From NCBI GenBank assembly GCA_951406725.2, contig OX597829.1, positions 47,306,001 to 47,370,000 on the forward strand: 64,000 bases of DNA, in the 5' to 3' direction. A program made the position numbers and the translations under genes. Shown one piece after another: positions 51,786-64,000 of this stretch (its first letter is position 1; the number at the start of each line of letters is the position of its first letter). The notes under the pieces were generated by a model. The model ran no database searches, was not told the DNA's origin, and worked only from the letters and a program-made list of their open reading frames with translations. Source of the DNA: Octopus vulgaris. Taxonomy: Eukaryota.

Positions 51786-52328
51786 GAGTGAGAGAGCAGT
51801 TCATGCCATCAAAGTGACACTGGGGTAAAATATACGAAGCCCAATATACCCATCATGACTACCCGTCTGATAAGGGTACACCAGGCACATGCATCACAAC
51901 CATATGTGCGAGACATGGTGATCTCATATCAAGATAAACAGCACATGACCTTGCAGGTGGGGCCCAGTTAGAATTTTCTTCAGGTTGAGTAGCCCATCCC
52001 GCTCAAACGGTCCCTGAATAAGGGTTGTTTAAGGATGTTGAAAGAACCACCCATGTTTCCAGAGGTGAATTATTCAAACCCCAAAGAATCCCTCTCAACA
52101 CATGGCTATGATGCTCCCCCACTGCTTCTGCTTGTGATCAGAGATGCACATATCGTCAGCCACTAAGGGAGATACTCAACTGGTTAAGGTGAAACAACTG
52201 ACAAGCAAATCTGTGGTATTGAGCAGAATATTTGCTGTAGCCCCTCTTTTATACCAAGACAAAACAATGTATATGATAACACTTCCAATCAGTTAAGATC
52301 AGAAGCCATGAGAGCCACTGCCTGGTGC
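51786..52328. mobile_element. ~540-bp non-coding dispersed repeat in (ATT)n, copy 2
   Basis: Flanked on both sides by (ATT)n. Confidence 0.8.
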
Positions 52329-52384
<56 letters not shown>

Positions 52385-52692
52385 TGCTTGACCTATCCCC
52401 AGTATTTGTAGAAGTTGACTCCAAGTCTCACACCCAGAGACCGCAAGAGACAACAAGTTCAAGCTGGTGTTATGACCAGGGTGCCATACACCTGGCTCCG
52501 CACAAAGTATTGTTCTAGAGAATGTTAAGAAAACAAAAGAAAATTGTTTGTTTTAAAATTTGAGATTACATAGACAGTATTTTACGTAGGATATGGGCAG
52601 TTCCCATGAGCACTGTCATTTGAATTTATGCCATTTTGGGATTTTCTGGTATCTGAGCTAAGTAGTAATCATTATTATTATTATTATTATTA

Positions 52693-52760
<68 letters not shown>

Positions 52761-52767
52761 TAATAAT

Positions 52768-53290
<523 letters not shown>

Positions 53291-53311
53291 AAGAAGAAGA
53301 ATTTTTATCAT

Positions 53312-53500
53312 TAAGGCGGCAAGCTAGCGGAATTGTTAGCGCGCTAGGCAAAAATGTTTAGCAGCATTTAATCCATCCTTAAGTTCTGAGTTCAAATTCC
53401 GCCGAGGTCGACTTTATTTTTCATCCTTTCGGGGTCGATAAATTAAATACCAGTTGCGTACTGGGTCGATCTAATCGACTGGCCTCCTCCCACAAAATTT
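53312..53500 (+). mobile_element. SINE family B variant
   Basis: AAGGCGGCAAGCTAGCGG head and GAGTTCAAATTCCGCCGAGGTCGAC body. Confidence 0.8.
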
Positions 53501-54002
53501 TTAGAGCATGGAATAAATTACCCTGCGGTATCCAAATGCGGCCCTTCACATTCCGAGCTCAATTCCTGTAGAGCTCAAGAATTTTCATTTTCGTTTTTCC
53601 ATAGTCGATAAAATAAAGTACCAGTCGAGTACTTGAAACGATATAATCGATAATTTCTTGTGCTTATTTTAGAAATTAACTTTGCCATTCATTCATTCAT
53701 TCATTCATTTATTCGAGATCGATAAAATAAAGTACCCGTCACGTAATGGCACTGATACTATTGATTAAGCCCCTTGTGCCTAAAATGGAAACCATTATAA
53801 TGGTCATTCTTCAAATGAAGAGAGAGGTTATCCATCGATGGATAATGAACTATATTGAGTTTTCAGAATAATGAAAAGAATAGAAGTTGTGGCATTCATT
53901 CTTTTGCCAAACGCTATCAACGTTTTCAATGACAGCATATGCAGAACGTATGCTGTCAGCTTTTACGAAAAGTAACCACAAAGAGTAAAAAAGAGAGAAG
54001 GG

Positions 54003-54723
54003 AAGTGAATGAGTGATTGAGTGAATGAGTGACTGAGTGAGTAAGCGAATGAGTGATTGAGTCAATAAGTGAGTGAGGGAATGAGAGAGCGAGCGAATGA
54101 GTGAGTGACTGAGTGAGTGAGCGAATGAGTGAGTGACTGAGTGAGTGAGCGAATTAGTGAGTGAGTGAGTGGGTGAATGAGTGAATGAGCGAATGAGTGA
54201 TTGAGTGAATAAGTGAGTGAGGGAATGAGAGAGCGAGCGAATGAGTGAGTGAGTGAGTGAGTGAGTGAGTGAGTGAGTGAATGAGTGAGTGACTGAGTGA
54301 GTGAGCGAATTAGTGAGTGAGTGGGTGAATGAGTGAATGAGCGAATGAGTGACTGAGTGAATAAGTAAGTGAATGAGTGAGTGAGCGAATGAATGAGTGA
54401 GTGAGTGAATCAGTGAGCGAGTGGGTGAATGAGTGAGTGAGCGAATGAGTGACTGGGTGAGCGAAATAGTGACTGAGTAAATAAGTGAGTGAGTGAGTGA
54501 CTCAGTGAGTGAGTGAATAAGTGAGTGAGAGAATGAGTGAGTGAGAGAATGAGTGAGTGAGAGAATGAGTGAGCAAGTGAATAAGTGAGTGAGTGAGTGA
54601 GAGAGCGAATGAGTGAGTAAGCGAGTAAACGAGCGAGTGAATGACCGAGTGAATGAGGGAGTGAGTGAAACAAAGAAAGAAAGAAAGAAGGAAAGAAAGA
54701 AAGGAAGGAGAAGGAAAGAAGGA

Positions 54724-54755
<32 letters not shown>

Positions 54756-54818
54756 GAGAAAGAAAGAAAGAAGGAAAGAAGGAAAGAAAGACAGAAAGAA
54801 AGAGAGAAAGAAAGAGAG

Positions 54819-54853
<35 letters not shown>

Positions 54854-54862
54854 GAGAAAGAG

Positions 54863-54925
<63 letters not shown>

Positions 54926-54927
54926 AA
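54003..54927. repeat. (GAGT)n then (GAAA)n arrays
   Basis: Direct reading. Confidence 0.95.
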
Positions 54928-55189
54928 AACTTGTTTGCCAAGAGTGTGTCACAGCAGAACCAAAGGCTGTTTATGAAAAGCACTACCCGTTTTCATTCGC
55001 ATATACACATTAAATACATACGTAATTATGGACACATGTATGTTCACATATACAGGTTGAGGCACACGTATATTGTATGTATACACACACACAAACATTC
55101 ACAAACATACATATTCATTCACACACACACACACACACACACTCTCTCTGGCAACGATTTGCATACAACCGTACGGATAAATAAACTCA

Positions 55190-55670
55190 CACATATGCAT
55201 ATATGCATGCATACATACATACATACATACATACATACATACACACACACATACATACATACATACCTACATGCATACGTACATACATACATACATACAT
55301 ACACACATACATACATACATACATACATACATACATACACACACACATACATACATACATACATACATACATACATACATACATACATGCATACCTACAT
55401 GCATACGTACATACATACATACATACACACATACATACATACATACATACATACACACATACATACTTGCATACATACATACATACATACATACATACAT
55501 ACATACATACATACATACATGCATACGTACATACATACATACATACATATTTATGTATACATATATATGCACATACGTATGCGCTGACACGCATACGTAT
55601 TCGCAAACATATGCATAAACATACAGCGACGATATAGATAGACAGATAGACAGACAGACAGATATATAGA

Positions 55671-55706
<36 letters not shown>

Positions 55707-55765
55707 AAGATAGAAAGATAGATAGATATATAGATATATATATATAGAGAGAGAGAGAGATAAAA

Positions 55766-55797
<32 letters not shown>

Positions 55798-55803
55798 AAA
55801 GAC

Positions 55804-55834
<31 letters not shown>

Positions 55835-55865
55835 AAAAGATAGATAGATAGATAGATAGATAGAC
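55190..55865. repeat. (CATA)n and (GATA)n/(GA)n arrays
   Basis: Direct reading. Confidence 0.9.
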
Positions 55866-56528
55866 ACATATATATATATTGCTTACATGCTAACATGCAA
55901 ACATGCATACACACACATACACACACATATATATATATACATATACATATATATACATATATATATATATATATTATGCTTCTGTATTTCATGTTTCTGT
56001 ATTCCATTATTTTTTTGTTTTTTTATATTCGTCCCTTTTGCTGTCCTGGTGTCCGTATGCATTCGATCCTTCTTCCAGGAAATCTACGCTAGCAGCTTAG
56101 TTTTTCTAATGCTTGTTGCTTAGTTTTTCTTGGAGGGCTGGCCGTGATCTAGTAATCTCAAGATTAATCAGCCGAAATTACTACGATGATCCGGTTCTTG
56201 ACTGAAGACTGAGGGTTTCGAATGTCCTGTCCGTGTTTATTGTATCGTCTTCTAAGAGTTATACGTTCTTGTCCATGTTGTATTTTTCTACATACCTTAA
56301 TATATATATATATATATATATATACATACAGATAAATACATACATACACCCATATGCTTGCATACACAGATATATATATATATTCATTTATGTGTGTGCG
56401 TGTGTGTGCATAAAAGAAATCCTACCAACCTTTCTGCCTCCCTCCCTCCCTTCCTACCTAGTTAACTACCTACATATCTACCTACCCATATACCTACCCA
56501 TCTACCTACCTACCTACCTATCTACCTG

Positions 56529-56570
<42 letters not shown>

Positions 56571-56643
56571 TCCTACTTCTTCCCTTCTCAGCCAGCCTTC
56601 CCTTCCCCCTTTATGTGCACAAACACACAATCCAATCATTCTG

Positions 56644-56685
<42 letters not shown>

Positions 56686-56698
56686 GCACGCACACAGT

Positions 56699-57308
56699 GA
56701 GATAGAAAAAAGAAAGGGAGATAGAAAGGTAAGAGAGAGTGTATTTGTGTATGAGGGAACGAGAGAGAGGGGGAAAGGAAAGAGGCGAGAGAGAGAGAGT
56801 GTTTGTGTATGAGGGAACGAGCGAGAGAGAGATATGAAAGGAAAGAGGAAAGAGGAGAGAGGAGAGAGAGAGAGAGAAATTAAGAGAAAGATTGATAGAG
56901 AGAGATAGACAGAGGGAAGGGGCGAGAGTAAGAGAGTTAAAATTCATGCATTACACACACACACACACACACATTGAGATAAAAAAAGAAAGGGAGATAG
57001 AAAGGTAAGAGAGAGAGTGTTTGTGTATGAGGGAACGAGCGAGAGAGAAAGAGAAAGAGAGAGATGAAAGGAAAGAGGAAAGAGGAGAGAGGAGAGAAGA
57101 CAGAGAGAGAAATTAAGAGAAAGAGTGATAGAGAGAGAGAGAGAGAACGGTAGAGAGAGAGTGTTTGTGTATGAGGGAACGAGAGAGAGATGAAAGGAAA
57201 AAGGAAAGAGGAGAGAGAGAGAAATTAAGAGAAAGATTGATAGATAGAGAGATAGAGAGAGAGGGGGAAGGGAGCGAGAGAAAGAGAGTTAAAAATTCAG
57301 GCATTACC
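56699..57308. repeat. Purine-rich tandem duplication
   Basis: GTGTTTGTGTATGAGGGAACGAG (one copy with a variant) occurs four times and GAGTTAAAA(A)TTCA.GCATTAC twice. Confidence 0.75.
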
Positions 57309-60300
57309 TCTCTGTATTTGTGTCTCCGCCCATAAGCTGAAAACATTTATTTCATCTGTCATTTTTCTATATGTCTCCTCGCATGTAACATACGTGAGTG
57401 TTATATACGTATGTTCTGGAGACGATCGTCAACTGTTTAAGCTGGGGTTGAGAGGAAAAAAATTCATTTAAGGAATGCGCTACATTGCGTATATCTAAAA
57501 CATAAGAATTAAAACAGAGGCAACATTTAACAGCTGTTCTGTAACTTCAGCAAATTAGCGATCGTCTTGTCTTATTGTACAAAGAGTATCAATATAAAAA
57601 ATTTTTTAAATAAGGAATACCTGAATACCTGAGATTGTGGATGAGGCAAAGAAGAAAAAGGAAAAAAAAAATACCCAACAACAACAACAACCAACCGGAA
57701 AAAAATGACTACTGATAACATTTAATATTTGTTTAATACAGGTGCACAGTTTTATGAACGACGTGTAATAATATAATATAATATAATATAATATATTAAT
57801 TTACAGGTGCTTAAATTATCGATCCTAGAAAAATGGAATTTGAGTCTAGAGCAAGATCGATCGCGCGGGATTTGAACTTGGAATATAAAAGGGCCATGTC
57901 TAATGTAACGGGAAGACACTTTGTTTGGTGCGCTCTGTGATGCCACATGTTGATATCTACAGGGCAGAATAATAATAATAATAATAATAATATTAATAAT
58001 AATAATGACCATGATCATGATGATCATTACGATTATGATGATGACGATGATTGCAAAAAACAACAACAACGTTAACAGTATTATTGTTAATAATAATGGC
58101 TTAATTATTTCAATTTCTAATTCATTTTGGTCTTCAAAAACTTTATTAGACTCATCAGAAACAGAAAATAGAAACAGGATGAAGTGAAAAAACAAAAGGG
58201 GGGAAAAATAGAAGGATAAAAAAGAGAGAGAGAGAGAACGAGAGCGAGAGAGAGAGAGAAAGAGAGAGGAGAGAGTGAAGACAGTAAGTGACGAAGATGG
58301 GGTCAGAACTAACCAGGAAAGAAATTATTGGGGGGACATGTTTCTAAACGAAGTAAAAAAAAAAAAATACTTTCGATAGGAAAAAAAAAAGTAAGCGTAG
58401 AAATTTTGAAAGTTAAACGGGGGGAAAAAAGATAAGGAAAAGAAAAAATACTATTTAAAAACAAAAAAAAAAAAACTGGCTTGTCATTCGAACTCACTCT
58501 TCTCTTTAAAACAAGTCACAGTTAAAACATTTATGAAAGAAAAAAAAATAATAGAAGATTCTTTCAATCGAAAAATATTTAAATAAATGAATACTTATAA
58601 CTTGTTTCACATTGTATATCAAAAAGAGGACGAAGCAAAAGTCTGAATAAGGGCATTTTGACAAAATTTATTAATTTATTTATATATATATTATTAATTT
58701 ATTTATATATATATATATATATATTATATATAATATATATAAATTTTGAGTTTGTAACGAGCACAACTCTTTGGATATTACCAAACTGTAAAGGATTTAT
58801 TTATACAATGAGGACCTGAAATTTACTATGGATGATACCACAGGACCAATTGAGTTTGCATATTTAGTTGATAACCCCGACTATCTTAATAAATTTGTAT
58901 TAGGTGAGTACAAATACTATCATAAATTCACATATACAAATTTTAAAATTTCATTTTAGCTTGCATTGTTTTCTTATAACTTCCTTTACGATTGCATTCC
59001 TAATTTTTTCATTTGATAGGCGAGTTTTAACAAGTTTTAAATCATAGCTTACTAGTGGTTGGTTTTTTTTTGCTGTATTTTTTTTTCAGCTGTATATGCA
59101 TGGGCAAATTGTTAGTTGTGTGAATATGTATTTGGATTCGTATACAATAAAAGAAACGTGTGTGCATTGTGTGTGCTTGTGTGTAATATATATTATATAC
59201 CCACTCCTATTTTCACGGATACAGTTGATGCGTGTGTATCTGTCACACACACACACACACATATACTTTTGTGTGTGTGAGTGTGTGCTATTTGCCTATC
59301 TATAAACAGAAATTTAGCTAGCAGAAATTACTGGCTCGTATATATGTATATATAATATGTATGTATGTAATATATATACATATATATACACATACGTGTT
59401 TGTCTGTGTACATTTATTATAGATACATATGAGTAGTAAAGTTGTACACGTAAATTCAAAACACTGACGTTCAAAATCGTTTTAATATTGTTTGTGTTGT
59501 TAGTGCTTTCGTCAAAAGAAAATATATAATACAAAAATATATAATTTTATGATTTTATGCCATATATATACAATATACATGGCATAACTACAGATGTGTG
59601 CTCCTCACCTTGTCCCGACTTTGTTGTCTCATAACTTCCAGAAAAATGAATGCATTTTAACGAAATTTTCAATAAACGTCGATCGCTCCGAATTTACAAC
59701 CTCTAAGCGGTATTTGTTGAAAATTTCGTTAAAAAGTATCCATTTTTCTAGAAGTTATGAGGCAACAAAGTCGGTGGGAATACACATCTAGGGTTATACC
59801 ATATATATATATATATATATAGAAGAAATGAGGTAATCAGAAGATCGGATGGTTCTTGTTTATAGATATTTATTTATATATTACATTTTTTACATATATC
59901 TATCATATCATTCAGATCATATCATTCAGATTATTAGCTCTTTCTCCCATTCCAGTGGGGTTTTCAAATCAAATAAAAAAAATATGGCATATGAATCCAA
60001 GGCATGAATTAAGGGGTGCGAGTGTCCTACACCTGTTACAGGTTTTCAAAATGAAAACCTTAAATGTGCATGATGGTAGGTGGTTTTTACATGAGGCACA
60101 GGGTTTCCAGGTTAGCGGAAGGGAACAAGTGTTAGGTGAATGCTATTTTTTTGTGAATGCATTATTATTAACCGCTGAACCAAATCGAGCCGGGGGAAAA
60201 AAAAATAGCTGGGCGCCTTAAAGGCCCTTGTTTTGCTTTTGTAGTTGTTGTTGTTTTTTTTTTTTTTTGTTTTTTTTTTAGTACATGTATAGCTAGATGA

Positions 60301-60879
60301 CTAAGCCGGTATCTGGCCCGCGCGTCCTGTTAAAAGTAGCAGTAGTACCCTCAAATCTAACTGAAAAAGAACGCGTTAGGTAACGTAGTTTCCTGATGAA
60401 CGACATGGTCGTAGCTGAAACGTTTAAACATTGATCTGCACAGTGAAGCGGACTTGTGTTTTAAACTTCATAGTAATGTGTGTTAGCGCGCGCTTAGGAT
60501 ACGAGGACTGTGATTCTTCTATAAATGAACACTTAGCTACTTGCACTGGATACTTCTTGTTTTCTTTTCTCCGTTTTACCGTCAGCACACATCTCATATT
60601 TGTAAATATAAACATGAACGTACGCGACTGATTGTGCATGTAACTTAGATTTACTTGCAAGCAAGTTTAAACATAGGTGCATTTCATAGATACAGGGCAA
60701 ACCTACACAAGCGTGCCTCGCCCGGTTTTCTTTTTTTTTTGAAGATTTGTGTAGATGTGTGTGTCGTGTGTGTGTATATATGTTCAATGATAATAAAGGG
60801 TAAAATTAATTAATGAATAATAATTTTACCAAGTAATTCGGTATGTTACAATAAACTTTATCGGTAAACTTATACAAAA

Positions 60880-61144
60880 ATTCTATAATTATAAGCATAA
60901 TTATAATTAGGGTTCAGCAAAAATTGCTTCACCACATATCAAAATTTAGAAATAGCAGTTAAAATACTATTCCTCTACCATAAGATATCTCCCAGACAGA
61001 AATACTCTCAACTCACACAGGTAAAGAGAAATAAGAGTATTACTGTCTGGGAGATATCTTATGGTAGAGGAATAGTTTTTAACTGCTATTTCTAAATCTC
61101 GGTATGTAGTGAAGCAATTATAATTAGGCTTATAATTATAGAAT
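60880..61144. repeat. Long fold-back inverted repeat (~110-bp arms)
   Basis: CTATTCCTCTACCATAAGATATCTCCCAGACAG and its reverse complement 3' of a ~25-bp spacer. Confidence 0.9.
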
Positions 61145-61145
61145 T

Positions 61146-61189
<44 letters not shown>

Positions 61190-61192
<3 letters not shown>

Positions 61193-62045
61193 TTTTACTT
61201 GTTTCGGTCATTTGACTGCAACGGTCAGATCACTGCGACCATGCTGGAGCGCCGCCTTGTAGTCAAATAAATTGATCCCGGGCCTTATTCTTTGTAAGCT
61301 TGGTACTTCTTCAATTGGTCTCTTTTGCCGAACCGCTGTGTTACGGGTACATAAACACACACCAACATCGGTTGTCAAGCGATGTTGGAGGGGGGGGACA
61401 AACAAACACACAGACAAATATGAATATACAATAACACACATACATACATACATATATATATATGTATGTATATGATGGGCTTCTTTTAGTTTCCATCTAC
61501 CAACTCCACTCACAAAGCTTTAGTCGGTCCGAGGCTATAGTAGAAGACACCTGCCCAAGGTACCACGCAGTGGGACTGAACCCGGGACCATGTGGTTGGG
61601 AAGCAAGCTTCTTACCACACCATATATATAAAGCGGCTTTTACAGTAATATATATCTTTTACTTGTTTCATGCATTCGCGTGCGGCCATGCTGGGGCACC
61701 GCCTTGAAGGATTTTAATCGAACAAATCGACCTCAGGACATTTTTTTTCATTAATCCTAGAACTTATTTTATCAGTATCTTTTGCCTTACTGCTATATTA
61801 AGGGGACGTAAACACACCAACACTAGTTGTGGAACAATGGTAAGGAACACACACATATACATGTATGTATGTATGTGTATGTGTGTGTGTGTGTATGTAT
61901 ACACGACGGGCTTCTTTCAGCTTCCGTCTACCAAGTCCACAAACTTCGGTCGGTCCCAGGCAATAGTTGAAGACACTTGCCCAAGGTTACACGCAGCAAG
62001 ACTGAACCCGGAACCATGTGGTTGGAAAGCAATCTTCTTGCTACA
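61190..62045 (-). mobile_element. Two consecutive SINE family A copies
   Basis: 61190-61620 and 61655-62045. Confidence 0.85.
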
Positions 62046-63166
62046 AACACACACACGCACATATATATATATATATATCAATTTCATAATTTAACTATTT
62101 GCTTTAATTTAATAATTATCTACGGGTCATCTTTGTACGAATATACCTACGCCCTATGTCCTGTTTTATAAAGGGCTAATACCCTAAAATATATTTTCTT
62201 TTCTTTAATGTATTAAGGGTTATGATTTTTCTGCAACTTAGTTATTTCTAGACATTGAACAGGTGACATGAATTTTAATTAACGTGTTTCAGCGACAGTT
62301 TTCAACTTGCACGTATGAATTAATACAGGTAGAAATATAATAGACATATGAACTTTTATGCATATTAGTAGTATTTAGTTTTTTTCCCCTGGACGATTCG
62401 GTAGCTCCGTAAATTCTATTATCAACCGTCGTCTTTTGTCGCCTGCTCCGTTCTACGTTCCTTCTAACTATATGAAAAATGTTTCAGGTTACCTAGCAAT
62501 AAGCAACTATCTTAAAGTGTTGCTTTATTTTTCTCTCCTTTTCTTGACAAGGCTTTCGTCAGCTGAATCTCAATGCATTGTGAAATTATCCATTTGCAGT
62601 ATTAGTAAACACATTTGTGCTTTGTATATATACTTGCGTGTCTGTGTCTGCGTGTGTGTGTGTGTGTTTGTGCGCGCGCTCGTGTATGGGATTTAGTTGT
62701 GTATATATATATTTGTGTTTATATATTTGTGTGTGTATGTGTGTGTGTGTGTGTGTGTTGATTTAGTTGTGTATATAGATTTGTGCATGTATTTAGTTGT
62801 GTTTATTTTAATCAGATAAAGTTTTTCTATCACAACTTGTCGAGGTTTTTGATATTCCATATTTAGGCGTCCCATATCATGGAAAAGGTTTCGGAGGAGA
62901 AGGGGAGAAAAAAAAAAGGAACTCTGAGTTAGGGTTTTTTTTTTTTTTTTTTTTCAAAATCGTTATTTTCGATATTCATAATATATTAAATTTTAGGAGT
63001 CAGATGATTACATCCTCGGTAGTTTTTAAAGATAATACGGTGCGGTTTAAGGGAGATTTGGCTGCTACTTCTAGCATGTTAATTAACCTCATAGTTTCTC
63101 TCTATGTATGTGCTACTGAAGTATATGTGTGTGTGTGTGCAAGCAAAAGGGGAATGAGTATTGTTC

Positions 63167-63712
63167 CAGGGGGTCTCAAACATTTTTTTAAAATCTATGG
63201 ACCCCTTTAATTACTATTTTATTCTGGTAGACCCCCATAGCTATTTGTTGTTTAAAAACTAGTTTTATAGAAACGTCTTTCAAATTTCCTGTTTTGTTTT
63301 TCTCACATTAACTTGTGAAGGTTGGACTATGTAAAATGTTAGAGAAGGAAACCTACCTATTTCTTACAACACATACATCTAAGGCAGGGGTTCTCAACCA
63401 TTTTTCATCTATGAACCCCCTTTGATTACTCTTTTATACTGGTGGACCCCCATAGACATTCGATGCTTAAAAACTAGTCTTATAGAAACTCCTTTCAAAA
63501 TTCTTGTTTTGTTTTTCACACATTAACTTGTGTCGGTTGAACAAAGTAAAATGTTACAGAAAGAGACCTAGCTGTTTCTTGCAAGGGCAATACGTACGTC
63601 TACAGTAAATTTTTTCCAGGAGGCCTCAAAATACTATCGTGGATTCCCAATTTACTATTCTTGTTGCCTGGACCCCGCAAAAATCTTATATAGTCCCCGG
63701 TTGAGAGCTATT
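63167..63712. mobile_element. hAT-type MITE (same family as 6657-7212, opposite orientation)
   Basis: CAGGGGGTCTCAAAC and internal CAGGGGTTCTCAACC ... GTTGAGAGCTATTG. Confidence 0.7.
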
Positions 63713-64000
63713 GGGTTAGACGTTCGTTCATTCATGCTTGGATAGTTATATCGACTCTAAAGAAAAACAAAACTATAAAAAAAATGATTTTCTTTAAATA
63801 TGTACAAAGAATATTTTTTTACTCTTTGTATTAAGTTTTGTAGTCGATTCAAATAAATTAGTTGGAAATATTTCCAATAGTTCTAGCTTGTAATGATTGA
63901 GCGAGCAGCGGAACATGTAGTGATTAAAACTAAACAGCTAAATCTCCATAGAACAATACTCATTCTTCTTTCTAACATTTCAAATGTCAGAAGAAAGCGC

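Noticed and set aside
53850-55587. 377-aa and 324-aa ORFs
   Set aside because: Derived from (GAGT)n, (GAAA)n and (CATA)n arrays.
56150-56235. CAGCC-GAAA and CTGAAGA...GAAT motifs in a PLE-like repeat
   Set aside because: Core halves and stems could not be assembled into one hammerhead.

Overview
Gene-empty, AT-rich animal genomic DNA made almost entirely of microsatellites and transposable-element debris. I found no host exon. All very long ORFs in the track are microsatellite artefacts, for example the ~5.3 kb (TATG)n array at 12.4-17.8 kb. The tRNA-derived SINE families and the repeat landscape look like those of a coleoid cephalopod, probably Octopus (inference). Recognisable elements: three abundant tRNA-SINE families, fragments of CR1/L2-, Tx1/L1-, RTE- and R4/Dong-type LINEs, mariner remnants, hAT-type MITEs and many short Penelope-like (PLE) terminal fragments with inverted arms. 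The main hidden signal is a set of minimal type I hammerhead ribozyme (HHR) motifs in at least four unrelated short repeat families. These are canonical-core tandem copies in a tRNA-headed, microsatellite-spaced element (26.3-27.4 kb), an A6U-core family (3 copies) and two U3-A8 covariant-core families. Also notable are a SINE that forms concatemers and inserts into a fixed site in its own head, and a SINE/CR1 3' tail with a covarying stem. All ribozyme calls are by-eye folds and are untested.
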